Positions 27,231 to 41,354 of a stretch of DNA of 64,000 nt are shown one piece after another (position 1 is the first letter of the stretch; the number at the start of each line of letters is the position of its first letter). Both the position numbers and the translations under genes were made by a program. Source of the stretch: the human T2T-CHM13v2.0 reference genome, Homo sapiens; assembly GCF_009914755.1 (NCBI RefSeq), contig NC_060928.1. One strand, written 5' to 3'. Below the pieces are notes generated by a model. That model saw only the letters and a program-made list of their open reading frames with translations, made no database searches and had not been told where the DNA came from.

Positions 27231-28105
27231 ATAAAATTTTGAATTTGGTGAATATATGGGTAAGATTTTCTTTTTAAGTCCTTCATCTTATAATTTTTAA
27301 TTTTCATTTGCAACTATGCCTTAACATTTATTTTTGTTAGATTTAGGCCCAATGACTGCATTTCTTTCATGTCAAGATTATGCTGATTTATGCAAAAGTT
27401 ATTTGCAATTTTGTGCATTTGTAATACAGCAAAATAATTTGCAGAACTAGATACAATTCTAAATTTATAAAAAAAGTATCTCCTTAATTTTGAGTGTAAC
27501 AACTGGTCTTTAGTTTCATGAAATAGTTTCCAATGTACAATATTGTATAAAAAGAATTGTTGCTGTTTTTCTTATAATATGATTTCCCCAAATTGAAGAC
27601 GAGGCAATTGATAAAACTCAGAGTTTTACAAGTCTAGTCTGCCCTGAATAAATAAGGTTTTCTTTTAAAATGAGGTTATCTCAGCTCCTTATTTTATACT
27701 TAGTTTTTTCCTCCTTCTATAATTTAATAGTAAGTTTCTCATAAACATAGAATAATTTAATAATGATTTAGCAGACAATGTGAAGGACACATAAAAATAA
27801 TTTAGCTAGTAAGCACATCTATAATAATCTAAGCATATTTTAATATTTTAAAAATGAATTTGTTTAAACATATTAAAAGCAAAAAGCAAACCAGAAAATA
27901 TTTTCTCAAAATCACATAGACTTTATACTTTTTATAGTGAATATTGACTAAACTAGTTTATCATTCATTAGTTTCTGGACTTCTCTGTCTTAAATTGAAC
28001 TAAATATCTATAGTTCTCTACTTATAAATAATATGTATGATTGTGTTTAGGTTTTACATGTATTTTTATTATTCTCGGGGAGTGATAATAAGTAATAATA
28101 ATAAC

Positions 28106-28227
28106 AGATAAAAAAGCAGACAACAGAATGGATTCTACAAATAACTACATAACAAGAGAACTTTAAAAACAACCTTATGACCAAATTTTAAAATTTAACA
28201 TAATTTCAAAGGCCGTTGTGCTTCCAG
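28106..28227 (+). repeat. Copy A of a ~123-bp dispersed direct repeat (copy B 29357-29479)
   Basis: Manual alignment gives about 103/123 identical positions. Confidence 0.88.
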
Positions 28228-28589
28228 TACAAGTGATACTAGTAATAATAGTGATTACTAAGAAATTACATCCATATATTATACATCTAGGTATAGTACT
28301 GATGCTAGATCTGAACAAGTAAGAAGATGCACATAAATATTTACTTTTAGAAAGGTAGTTTTTATTCATCTCCTCTCTTTCTAAATTAATGAACATTTTT
28401 CAACTTTTCTCTCAATTCATGGACTGTGAAAGGAACATACATAAGGAAAATATGGGATATTTATTGTGATTATACAACTATGTGACATAATAAATGAATT
28501 AAAACTTCAAATGTTCTAAAATCTATTTTATCACAAATATGTAGGTTACTATTTATCTAGTATATATTTTGGGAGGTGGATGGAAAATC

Positions 28590-29460
28590 ATCTCTTAACT
28601 ATAAGTTTAAAGGTATAAAACAGAAAAGATAAATAATATTGAAATATTAGGTTACTTTTTTTTTAATTTGATGTATTAAAATACCATAAATAATATTAAA
28701 ATGTAAATGGCTAACTGGAAGAACATACATGTGATGTATATGAAGAAGAATATTCTTTATCAATAAAAATGCCTTCCAAAACAATGAAATTAATGAACAA
28801 CTCAAAGGATAACAGTGAAAAGAGAAAGAAATAATTTATAAAATGATATAAAATTGCCATAACATAATAAATATTGCACCTCAGATACAATTAAATAGAT
28901 AATATAACTTCATTGACATTTATCATATTGGCAAATATTTTTATTTTTTCAATAATGATTTACACGGTATTTCTGAGATACAGAAAAAGCAATGTCACTT
29001 CTGCAGGACAATTTAAGAATATATTTACAATATGTCAAAATGTACAAAGGCATGCCTTTTGACAAAATAGCTTACATCTATAAATTTATTTTAAACAGGA
29101 AATCTTAAAAGCCTACATAGATAATTCCTGTGATAATTTATTGAAAATCAGATATTCTTCTCAAGAAATTAGAAACAGTTCATCAAAATTTACATAATTA
29201 GAAGAAAATAAAGTAGAAAATTACATAGTGAATAAACAATATAAAATAGAGAACTAATCAATTATTAATTCTTTCAAAAACCAAGTGAAATTGATATATC
29301 CATCATGGAATTGAGCTAGGAAAGAATAGAAAAGGAGTACAAATTTTCTATATCTGAGATAAAATAGCAGACAACAGAGAGGCTTCTACATATAACTAAA
29401 TAACAAGGGAGTTTTAAGAACAACTTTATGAAAAAATTTTAAAAATTTATCATATTTTCA
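28590..29460 (+). mobile_element. Highly decayed L1M/L1ME ORF2 fragments
   Basis: A-rich L1-like segments (AAAATACCATAAAT...AACTGGAAGAA; CATGCCTTTTGAC; GAACAACTTTATG). Confidence 0.55.
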
Positions 29461-30024
29461 GAGGCCACTGTGCTTCTAGGTTAGGCCATTTTTAACTGCT
29501 CCCTAATAAAAGGAGTTTTAGCAAACCCATCATGCCTTCTTTGATATTCAATTTGTCCACTCACTGCCATCATCTTAAACTCAAATTCGTCATTTTCAAC
29601 AACAACCTTTCCATCATTTCAGTGTCAAACATCTCAAACTCTCACCATTACCACCAATCATTTTAGCTCCTTGGCTGTAGTATTCTAATAGCAAAAGATT
29701 TGAAAGATTGCTAAAGATTAAAATAATACTTCAATCTCACCAGCACCTTCAATCCGCTGATCTGGCAGCGGATCATTGTTCATTACTCCCTGTATGTTCT
29801 CACTTTTCTATTTACCCATCTTAAATTTCTAGGAAAACCATTAGCTCTCCCTTGAAGTTACCATCATCTTTCTTGACTTTCTATAGTTTTTATTTCCTTG
29901 AATCCATCATATCCGTGGTTCGAAGGAACTCTTCACCTACTTGCAAGACAGTTCTCCAAGTGGCTTTGGCCCATCCAGTTCTCCCTTGCTTCCTGGCTTG
30001 TGGTTCTCAAAAATAACTATAGAC

Positions 30025-30414
30025 TGTGTTGGGAGTACAACATCCCGAGATAAGAGGAACTGGCCAGAACAGCCTAGGTTGTGTTCCAGTCCCTTCCCCC
30101 ACCCCTTCCAGAAACACAATGTCCTTCAACCCTGTAGTTCAGAGAATTGCATAACCCAGGGCAGGCTGCTTTCTGGAATCTCTCTGCTGTGTGACAAGTG
30201 GGGCATGCTCAGTTGAAACTCCATCTGTGCAGAGGATTTTCCAGATCTTTGGGAGACAAGTTTTCCCTGAATCTTAGGCTTCTGTTGTCTCATGCTGCCT
30301 ACATGTAAGTGATACTATAAATCAGTTTCATGTAATTTGTTGTATATGACTGCATTTTGTCTGAATGTTCAAAGACATGTTTTGGTAACCAGTGCACAGT
30401 GAACATGCTTCACA
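30025..30414 (+). mobile_element. ERVL-class solo LTR (LTR41-like, tentative)
   Basis: TG...CA ends; GAGATAAGAGGAACTGGCCAGAACAGCC, ACCCAGGGCAGGCTGCTTTC and terminal GTAACCAGTGCACAGTGAACATGCTTCACA. Confidence 0.7.
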
Positions 30415-31341
30415 CTACTTCTTCTCAGTACCTAGTAGAGGGAGGTGGCTAGATAAAGCTCAAAGCAACAGTAAAAATGTCACTTTAATATTTATTTAAA
30501 ATAAATATTATATTACTAAAATCTAAATAACTAAAATTTCCCAGAAATTTTACTGTATTTCTCTATGCTCTTAGTACTCTGCTGTTATCAATGACCAGTT
30601 CATAACTTCCTATCTTTATTCTAACTTTCCTCGTCTCCTCTCCATCTTCCCTCTGGGCTGATGATCTCTCTTCTTACCTTATGGGAAAGCCAAACACAAG
30701 GAATACAGCTTTCTCCATCATATTTTCCACCCACTGTGCCAATATAGTATATCTTCAATGTTTTGTTGTGTATGAGTCATCTCTTCTCCTAGCTAAAGCC
30801 AGATCCTCCATTTATAGGTCTCAACTTTCTCACCTACTCAGTAGGGCATGACCTCAGGAGGGTACTGTTGTTTTTTGCATCATCCATATATGTTCTCCCC
30901 AAGATTTTCCCCAATAACAAAAAGTCACTTTACCCATCTAGAAAAACAAAAACAAATCCCCAAAAAATTCAAGCTTATAAAAATGCTTATTTTTTCTTTT
31001 GTAAACCCACTTATACCACTAACAGCTCCATTTGTCTCCTTGAGTAAATCTCCTAAAGTCTTCATCTATATTCACTGCCTCTATTTTCACTCCTGTCATT
31101 TCCTGTTGAAGCCATTCCACTCAGGCATTCACTCCACCATGATGCCAGAACTGTTTTTGTTCTGAAATCAATGATCTTCACAACAGCAAATCCAATGATT
31201 TTGGATCTTTTCCCTTTAATGGATTTATTAACAATATTTAAAAGTAGGGATGACTCTTTCACATCGAAGACGTTTTCTTCCTCTGGCTTCTAATACACCA
31301 CACTCTCTTGCTTTATCTTCTATCATTGAGGCTATTCCTTC

Positions 31342-31695
31342 TGTATTAATCAGCTTTCATGCTGCTGATAAAGACATACCCAAGATTGGGAAGAAAAAGA
31401 GTTTTAATTGGACTTACAGTTCCACTTGGCTGGGAGGCCACAGAATCATGGTGGGAGGTGAAAGGCACTTCTTACATGGTGGCGGCAAGAGAAAAATGAG
31501 GAAGAAGCAAAAGTGGAAACCCCTCATAAACCCATCAGATCTTGTGAGACTTATTCACTGTCACAAGAATAGCACAGGAAAGACCAACCCCCATGATTCA
31601 ATTACCTCCTCCTGGATCTCTCCCACAACACATGGGAATTCTGGGGGATACAATTCAAGTTGAGATTTGGATGAGGACACAGCCAAACCATATCA
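31342..31695 (-). mobile_element. THE1A-like MaLR solo LTR inserted in L2
   Basis: GCTGCTGATAAAGACATACCCAAGATTGGGAAGAAAAAGAG...GACACAGCCAAACCATATCA; TSD CCTTC/GCTTC. Confidence 0.93.
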
Positions 31696-33736
31696 GCTTC
31701 TTATTTGGCTATGTTGGTTCTTCCTCATCTCTCTGATTGTTAAGCATTCAGAGTATCCAGGACTCAGCTCTTGCATCTTTTATATTTTTCTCCATGAACA
31801 AATTCAGTAGGTGATCTTATCTAACGTCATGGCTTAAAATATTCTTCCACACACCAGTAACTTTAAATTGTAACTCCCCACTTAATCTAGATTTACATAT
31901 CCAGTTTTCTGTTAGACATCCCATTTTGTATGGCTAATAATTGTGTCAAGTTTTATATGTTTCATTTGATTTGATATTCACTGCAATGCCATCTACCTTC
32001 ACAATATTCCCATTTCAATAAATTGCAACTTTATTTTTCCAATTGTACAGGCATAAAATTCAGAGTTATCAGTGATTTCTTTTTCATATTGTGTCCTTTC
32101 CACATCACATTGCAATTGACTTAAAAATATATGCAGAATTTAATATTTCTCTTTACCTCTACTTTTATTATTCCTATTCAAACAATCAATATCTCTGTTC
32201 TCTCTGCTTCCAATCCTGCCCTCTTTAGTCTATTTTTAACAAAGCAGCCAGGGTGGTCCCGGTAAAAACCTAAATCAGACCATATAAGCCCACTGTTCCA
32301 TGCCCTACCAAGGATTCTTGACTCATTAAAACAAAGCAAAACAAAAAGTCTTTAAACAGCTAATAAAGCATTATACAAACATTACTTGTTCTTCTGCCCA
32401 ACATTACCTAAAGAGCCTAATTTTCTACCATTCTATCCCTCATTGATTCTGCCTCCTTGTTAATCCTCCAACATGCCAAGAAATCCTACTGTCTAGGAAT
32501 GTCTTCTTCCTAAAGCCATTGCCCCCTAAATAGTCACACTGCTTGCTGCCTCACTTCTTCAGATCTTACCCAAACAGTTCTTTCACAGAGGCCTTTCTTG
32601 GCCATTCATATCCTATCTACAGTTTCAAAACAGCTGGTCTCACCTACATTTCCTATCCTACTTCTCTACTTAACTTTTTAAATAGATAATACCCCTATTT
32701 ATGAATGGTAATTACTAAGATACTTGTTTTTTCTGTTTATTGCTTTCTTTCCTAACTAGAATGTAGTAAGGACAAGGACAGAATGAGGCCAGGGATGTTT
32801 GCTGTATCCCAAGCCAAGCACATAGTCAAGTGTATAATAAATACTTGTTGAATGAATTGCTAAATCAATCTGCATATCTCTGTAAAAAATAATGGAAGAT
32901 GGTTAGCTCAGATAAATACTCACTATTATAGATTGTAGAGGTATTGCATGATTCCGAAGCTAAACTTGGATCTTTTTTTCCAGGGAAAAGAAAAGGAACA
33001 GGACTGGGTACATTTAAATAGCTAACAGTATCTTCCAGGCACATATTGATTAAAATACTTAAAGAGTTATTTTGCATTATCCACTTTTAAAATTAACCAT
33101 ATAGAAATCATGGTGATCACAGTAATTAGAAGTAAATTAATATGTTTAGAGCATAATTTATAGCTCCCATAAATGAAAGTCTGAGATTTGTGCATTTTAT
33201 TAAAATCTCTAATTAGCATTTTAAAGCATACTAGACAACATTTTAAACAAGTATATATTTTAAGAAGACAGTAATAAACAACTTTATATAAATAGTGGCA
33301 TAATTTTCCATGATGAAATTGAGTTTTAACTGAAAAGGGAGATCTGGTATGGTTGGAGCAAATTTATTATATAAATAAATTATACACATATTATGGTAAT
33401 ACATTCTACTAAGGTCAATAAAAGATATAAAGATGTAATTACACATTGTATATACCCTCAGCTATTCACATATTTCTGGGGAGAAAAGACATGGAAGAAT
33501 GACTAATGTCAATAACAATGAGTTCCATTAGAAAAGCACAAACAATGGAGGGAAAAGAATGGAAAAAAATTTAGAAGAATTTGATGGGAGCTCTGATATT
33601 TGATCTGTCCTTCAAAAGATGGAGAGAAATTTACAAGATGAGGCTCAAAATACGCTATGTGATACAATTTATAATTAATTTTTCACCATCTGATATAATA
33701 AATATCTTATTATTTTGTATTTTAATATGCTTTCTC

Positions 33737-34143
33737 TGTATTAGTTCTCTAGGGCTTCAATAACAAACATAAACTGGGTAACATACACAATAGAAATGTA
33801 TTGTCTCACAGTTCTGGAAGCTACAAGTCTGAAATCAAGGATTTGGCAGGTTTGGAGTTTTTGAAGGTTGTGAGGGAAGAAATTATTCCAAGACTCTCTT
33901 GTTGGCTTGTAGATGGCCACCTTCACGTTCACAGGGTGTTTTCCTTGTATGTGCATGTTGCTCTATAAATGTTCCCTATCTAATAAGGACAAGTCATATT
34001 GGATTAGGGTTCATCCTAACAACCTCACTTAAACTTGATTATCTCTGTAAAGACCTTACCTACAAATAAGGTCACATTTTGAGTTCATGGGGGTTAAGAC
34101 TTCACCATATGAACTTTGTGGGGACACAGTTTAACCTGTGACA
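33737..34143 (-). mobile_element. MLT1B-like MaLR solo LTR
   Basis: TGTATTAGTTCTCTAGGGCT...CTCACAGTTCTGGAAGCTACAAGTCTGAAATCAAG...GGGGACACAGTTTAACCTGTGACA. Confidence 0.88.
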
Positions 34144-35196
34144 CTCTACATTAGTCAGTGAGCTGCATTAGGAGCTCTATTAGAAACTCTAGGGCAGGTT
34201 TTTATTTTTTTATTCATTTGTTTTTGCATATTTCCCAGGAGCATTATAGACGTTTAAAAACGCTTATGAGAGGTTATTTGGAGTTTGTTGTAAGCTTGTT
34301 CAAGAAACACAAAGTTTATTTTTCAAGCAAGAAGTTTGACCTTTATAACATCAAGTTAATTGGAATTATTCAGAATTCTAGAGTTAGTAATCATTGATGC
34401 CACTCATTTTTATCTTTTGTTTATTTTAATATTTTAAGCAGATAATAAGCATTCTTTTTACCCAGTTCCCATGAACTAGAATTATAGTACTTGTGGTTTC
34501 CTTTGACATACTCACTTATAATTTACTTTCCATACCAAAAATTTATAGTTATATAAAATAGATTTAGCACCCAACTGTGTATAGGTATACTACATTTATT
34601 GTTGTGCCAACTGTGTTTGATATTTCTTTTAATCTCTTCACAGCTGTATGTGACTTTTAAACTAGGTTTCTATCTTAGTTCTTTAACAGCAACACATTTT
34701 TCTTGATGGGGTAGAGATCTGCCTCAAACTGTAACCTAGTTTGCAGAAGATGGCTTTGGAAACTTTTTCCAGTTCAGTGATTTCTACAGGATAAACTACC
34801 TTCTCTATCCTTTCAAATGCTGTATGTAAAAATTTAAAAAGACAATCTTTTGGAGAAACTGAGAAACATTTTCCTAAAACAACTTCTTTAGCAGGTGGTA
34901 AAATGAAACAATTAACATTGATTGACTACCTCAGAGAAAGATGGGAAACTGAAGACAGCTTCATTTATTTGATGGCAATACGTGTGGGGAATGTTACCCC
35001 CTCTTGACTTACTTCCTGAGTAATTAGCCTCAAACACCTCATTTCTAACCCTAGACTTTACCTTCAAATGACCTATGGGTTTCACAATTATTATTATTAA
35101 AATCTCTTGTTATTCTTACTCAAAAGTCAGTTAAAATCTTTAATAAAAATCTTCAAAATGGAAAAATACAGTTCAAAATTTTTCTGACATTATATC

Positions 35197-35231
<35 letters not shown>
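35197..35231. repeat. (TG)n(TA)n compound microsatellite
   Basis: Directly visible dinucleotide runs. Confidence 0.95.
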
Positions 35232-36796
35232 GTACTGTGAATAATTTTCAGTTCACTGTTTAGAAAGCACGAAATAAATTAAACTCCATCTTTACAGGGA
35301 TTGTTTTTTCCTGACAGATTAAAACATTTTCGAGATAATTGGTAAGGCAGTATAAAATGCATTAGATTTATTATTTGAGAGAGATTCTATTTTTAACTAA
35401 TATACATGATGACCATGTTAAACAAACCTATGGAAAAATAAGTGTCTTATTGGAAATTGATTTTCCAATACAATAGATTGCAAAGCCATCCCTATTTCCT
35501 TCTTCTGAGATTATATCCACATGTCATCCTCAGTAAACTTTATTAACTGGAAATGAAAGGATACTGGATACAGATGCCTAAATTCGGTCAAAATAGCTCT
35601 CACCAGTTATTAGGCATAAGTATGTTAAACATGCATTACAAAATAATTTTTAAAATACTTAGGTGTATATAATAGCAACTTCAAAACAGTTTCGAAAATA
35701 TTTTGTTGAGAAATACATGGAGAAAGAAACATATTTGCATATAATGGGGAAAAATGTCAATATGGTATAATTTTAGATTTTAAACATGTGCACTGCCTTG
35801 TTTTTTATACATCAATCATAAACAGTTTATGGTAGAGTATCAACAAAAATCAAAATTATTTATTTATTGATTATTAAAAAATGTAAATAAGAAGTCTAAA
35901 AGTTAAATCTACCACTACCCAAACATTATTATGAGACACATTTTTATAGGATTAAAAAAGAGAAGCAAATGTAGCTTCATTTTATACTTGTTAGTAAGAA
36001 AATAATCTGGAATTTAATTAATGACGTAGTGCCACTTTGAATTCCATTGACTTAATTTTCAAGGGGGTCTCAACCTCTTTTTATTAGCCAGCATGCTGAC
36101 ATGGTTTGGTAACTTCAATTAGCTTTGTTCAATTATATGAACTTGTGATTAGCAGAGGCTAACTGTCAGCCAATATTGTAATTAGATCTTCTAAAAATAA
36201 GAAATAAGAAGCCCGTTGCATCTGTTAGTGTCAGTGCATGCCTGTGATAATAATTTTTAAGTACAAATAAGTGGACATAGGTATTTCAAATGAAAGTTAT
36301 TTGAAAATAGAATTAACAGGTCAGCTAAACATAGCATTTCATTGTTCCTAAATATTCAAGTCTGAATTGCTCCAAAGATGCTTTTGCTTTAATTTTTGCA
36401 GAATATTTTGTCCCTTTTAGTATTCACTAAAATTGTTCCTCACATTCAAAATGCATCAGTTTATATAAATGATTTTTAATATAATGTGCCTTTCTTTCAT
36501 GCTGTTTTGCTCATATTAGTACAATTTTTAAATCTTTTTTCCATGACATGTGTATTATATTTGGAAGAGTATTCTTTTTTAGTGCTATATTTATGAAGAA
36601 ATTATAATCGACTATGGAACTGCTGTTTCAGTGGGAAAGATATAATTTTCCCAAAATTATTTTAACGCTAACACCATTTAATCATTTTAAAGTGTCACAT
36701 CTATGACTATACACACACACATATATATACATATAAAACGTGTAAAAATATATATACAAAGGAAGATATATATAGAATGATATATATGTACATATG

Positions 36797-37156
36797 TGAT
36801 ATGATTTGGCTCTGTATCCCCACCCAAATCTCACCTTAAATTGTAATAATCCCCACGTGTCGTGGGAGTGACTCAGTGGGAAGTAACTGAATCATGAGGG
36901 TGGGTTTTTCTCGTGCTGTTTTCGTGATAGTGAATAAGTCTCACGAGATCTGATGGTTTTATACATGGGAGATCCCCTGCACATGCCCTCTTGCCTGTCA
37001 CTATGTACGATGTGACTTTGCTCCTAATGTGCATTCCACCATGATTGTGAGGCCTCTCCAGGCATGTGGAATTGTGAGTCAATTAAACCTCTTTCCTTTT
37101 TAAATTACCTAGTCTTGGGTGTGTCTTTATTAGCAGTGTGAGAACACATTAATACA
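36797..37156 (+). mobile_element. THE1 (B/C-like) MaLR solo LTR
   Basis: TGATATGATTTGGCTCTGTATCCCCACCCAAATCTC...GAGAACACATTAATACA; TSD ATATG/GTATG. Confidence 0.94.
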
Positions 37157-37271
37157 GTATGCATATACAAATATGTAGATAAACAAATATGATTTGTGCT
37201 TAGCTTAGTGCCAGCCAATATATATTTTATCTCATTTAGTTCCTTGAGCTTTAGATTTTTAGATAAAGTAT

Positions 37272-37482
37272 GTTAGTGATAAAGTATTTTTAAATTAAGG
37301 TATAAACATTGTACATTGTATTTTTAGACATATGCTATTGTACACTTAATGAACTACAGTATAGTGTAAACACAACTTTCATATGCATTTGGAAACCAGA
37401 ATATTAATGTGACTAGCTTTGTTGCAATACTTACTTCATTGCACTGGTCTGAAAGTGAACCTGCAACGTCTCTGAGGTGTTT
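37272..37482 (+). mobile_element. Tigger1 3' terminal fragment
   Basis: TGCTATTGTACACTTAATGAACTACAGTATAGTGTAAAC...GAACCTGCAACGTCTCTGAGGT matches the Tigger1 end. Confidence 0.85.
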
Positions 37483-37999
37483 CTTTATTTCCGCAAGTTC
37501 ACTTAGGATTTAGAGAGCATAAACCAGTAATTTGCTTTCATTTCTCTTGCCCAATTTATTAAAATTAGTGCCTGATAATACCATAAAACTTTATGCAGTG
37601 AAATATTTTAAATAACTGTATATTAAGTTTCAGCTTTGAAAATGTGCTTAATTATGTCAAATATTAAAACAAAAATTACATTGTGTATATTATTTATTTA
37701 TATCTATTCATAAATATTTACGTATTCATTATGGCAATTAAATTTAATCACATTCATTATTTGTATATTCGCTATTAGCTTTGAATATATGACTTTTAAA
37801 AATGTGGGTTCAGTAGACAGCAGAGAACACTTTTATGCTGTTGAATAGGTAGTATTTGGCAATTTAATTTAGTATGAGTAATTAAGTTTGTGATGTGTCT
37901 ATTTCTATATCAAACACTATCTTAATCTATTTCTATTTAAACAGATATGAATACATGATAGAGATAGCAGTTTTAAATATGTTATTTATTTTAATTCAT

Positions 38000-38620
38000 A
38001 TGTTTATATATGTCTTTATTGAATAAGTAATATATATTATTTGAGATATAACAGGTAAAAAGTAGTATATTTTAAAGGGCTTTTCTCCTACTTCTGTAGT
38101 TCTTGTAGATAACACATTAAAATTGTTTATGATTTTTCCATTGATACTCTAATAATATACAAGGCAATACATACTGTAAATATAAATTACATATTTGTTA
38201 CTTGATATACTTATTTATATTTATATGCATACAAACAATAGGAGTGAGAAGAAATATTTTATCTCTTCTCATTTTACATAAATATCAAAATGGTAATATG
38301 CTACACACCCACTTCTGTGCCTTACCTAAGAACATATGATGGAAATTACTTCTTATTAGTTTTCTTTAATCTTCCTTATTTTATTAAATTTGAAAAAATA
38401 TCCCATGGCATAGATATGTCATTATTTATTTAAATAGACTTTCACTGATGGTTATTTATCTTATTTCATTAATTTTCTCTTACAAACAATGCAAAATGAA
38501 TAAATTGAAGGTGGAGTACTATTCAAAAGTGCAATATATTTTCAGAAAAATTTTATAGAAGTGAAAATCCTAGAATGAGGGATATTTTGATTTTTAATCT
38601 TGCTCATATTATTCAAAATA
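38000..38620 (-). mobile_element. L1ME-like 3' fragment
   Basis: CACTGATGGTTATTTATCTTATTTC...TTACAAACAATGCAAAATGAATA...AGAAGTGAAAAT matches the decayed reverse L1ME pattern. Confidence 0.55.
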
Positions 38621-39299
38621 ATATGGAATTTAATGTGAAATATTTAATTTAAAAATTTGTTATGTCAAATATGCTACTTAGTTGTACTATTCAAATATGT
38701 CAGAATATTGCTCTGAAATAATTGCTCTTGAAATTTTACTTTGGATTATAAGTTACTAGGTATTGCAAGAAAGACTTATTTTGCTAATGTTGCAAATGCG
38801 TTGTAAAAATCATTTGAAATACTAAATATACATGTGTTTGAATACCACAAAATGTTATCCATACATATATAAAATTATTGCTAAACAATAACTTAATAAA
38901 ACTAAATAATATAATTAAAAATAATTATTTAAATATGTTTACAAAGAGTTTGAAGTACTCTAAAATATTTCGTCTTATACCAAACTGCATATTCTGAAGG
39001 GGAGGATATGGCATTTTTTCCCAGTAACTTCTGAAATAGAACCTTATAGCAAAATCTGCTCCTTATTTCAATATCTGTAGTGACTTTATGAAGATCTAGT
39101 GATAATAAAGCTATTTAGGATTTTTATACAAATAAAGCTATGTGGTCTAGTTTATCTTTCTACAGCTGCAGCATATCAAATAACTTTAATGTTCCATAAA
39201 GGCCAAATAGGCAGTGAATATGAAGTGATAGTTCACCTTTGCAAAAAAATGTTTCTTTAGATGATGTATTTGAAAGAATCAGAGGAAACAGCAATGGAA

Positions 39300-39490
39300 A
39301 ACATTCAGATAAATACCTGAGAGATCTGTTAGGTGGAATAACTATGCAAAATACTTATGATAATAATTTTGGAAATGTATTACTGAAAGCAAATATTCAG
39401 AGACTTCTTCATCATGCCTATGCCTGTGAAATGTGGTTCGTTTTACTCTCTTTCCTCTAAGAGGAAAATACAGATCAAGACTGTAAAGGA
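39300..39490 (+). pseudogene. Fossil hAT (Charlie-type) transposase C-terminal dimerisation domain
   Basis: Ordered motifs FWKCITESKY (39367-39396), YACE (39419-39430) and KYRSRL (39466-39483) across frameshifts resemble the hAT consensus FW-x7-Y...Y-x-CE...KYRSRL. Confidence 0.6.
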
Positions 39491-39844
39491 CAAATCAACT
39501 GTTAGGTCTTGAATTAACTCGCCAGTGTTTGTTCTCTATAATTTGCCTTTGCTTCTGCTTTAATTTCTTGTTAAAAAATAGTTTCATTGGTATAAAGTGC
39601 TTTCATTGATACATTTGGATGTGGTAGTAAGAATAAAAATGTAGATTATTTAATAGTCATAAAAAAGAAACTGATCTAAATTTTGCTACGGATCATACAA
39701 TGCAATACGTTTTATAGTAACTTTACTGTAGCCTTATTTTTAATTTTGGGATTACTGAACATTGTTGAATATGTGCAATAATTATCTATATATATAGCCC
39801 ATAGATACAGAAATGTGAATGAAAATATTGCAAGTAACATTCAT

Positions 39845-40082
39845 TCTTAATTCTTATGTTAAATAATTTCAAATGTACAGAACTTAAAAACTCCTATATA
39901 TATTTCAGTCAGACTCACCCATTGTTAATACCTTCTCCCATACATATGTCTGTTCTCTCTCCCTTCTTCCTCTCACATGCGTATGTCCAGGGGAATTATG
40001 TATACACATATATATAAATTTAAAACTTACTATACATACTATTTTGCTTTATGAATATTTTGACAGTAAGTTGCAGACAGAG
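39845..40082 (-). mobile_element. L1MC-like 3' end fragment
   Basis: AAATAATTTCAAATGTACAGAA...CAGACTCACCCATTGTTAATA...AGTAAGTTGCAGACA. Confidence 0.6.
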
Positions 40083-40455
40083 TATTCTATTATTGGGTTA
40101 TATTTTTACAGATAATTCAAACAATATTTGGTGTGGTGGCTGGTGACACGTAAATATAAACAGCATAAAAATCACAGATAATAGAAAGGTATTCATTTAT
40201 GAGATATTATTTTTTGCACCATGCTTTCAATCCCTGGCAATTTTTGCCATTGGCATGCATCTGGGCTGCAGTTTTTGTGGCTGTTTCTTTTTTCAGTGGT
40301 ATTTTGAACAAATATTAACTTAGCCATAGGCCAAACACTTGAAAAAAAGCAGACTTGATTAACAGTGAATCAAAGAGAGTCTGATGCTAGATTTATTACT
40401 GAAATTTGAACAAATTAGAATTAAATCAGTTTTAAGAATAAAAAACCTGAAATAG

Positions 40456-40863
<408 letters not shown>

Positions 40864-41354
40864 TAGAATGATGCTTTCTATAAAGATCCAGACAGGTGCT
40901 TCTTTAGTTATTAATTTTGGCCATTTGGATTTGTTTCTTTCTGAACTAGATTTTCATATCTACTACTCATTTTCATTTGAATTACATACTATTTTCTCGT
41001 TAACTTGGAAGAGTTCTTTGTGTGACATGTATTTTAATTATTAGCCATGTGTATTGGAAATTTCCTGTATCTACCATTTATCTATTGGCTCAAGATATCT
41101 TTTGACAACACTGTTTCTAAGTCAAATGATCATTTATTAAAGAATATTATGTATACACTTCCATTCTTAAGAAGCTATTTTGTTTACTTATTTTTTGTAG
41201 GTTTTTATATTTTGTAAGTGCTTTTGCCATTTTAAGTTTTTAATCCACAGAGAACATATTTTGAGTATGATGTAAGAGAGATACTTTTAGGTAGTAGTCA
41301 GTTATTTTGACACCATTAAAAATACATTATTTTCTATATCAACATCTATATAAC

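Larger units (their letters stand above)
29500..32858 (+). mobile_element. Long L2a interrupted by two LTRs
   Basis: Pyrimidine-rich L2 body (CCATTCCACTCAGGCATTCACTCCACC, CTCTGGCTTCTAATACACCACACTCTC) and terminal AATAAATACTTGTTGAATGAAT; left boundary uncertain. Confidence 0.7.

Noticed and set aside
31250-31663. 137-aa ORF
   Set aside because: Runs from L2 into a THE1 LTR; similar peptide appears in other THE1 copies here.
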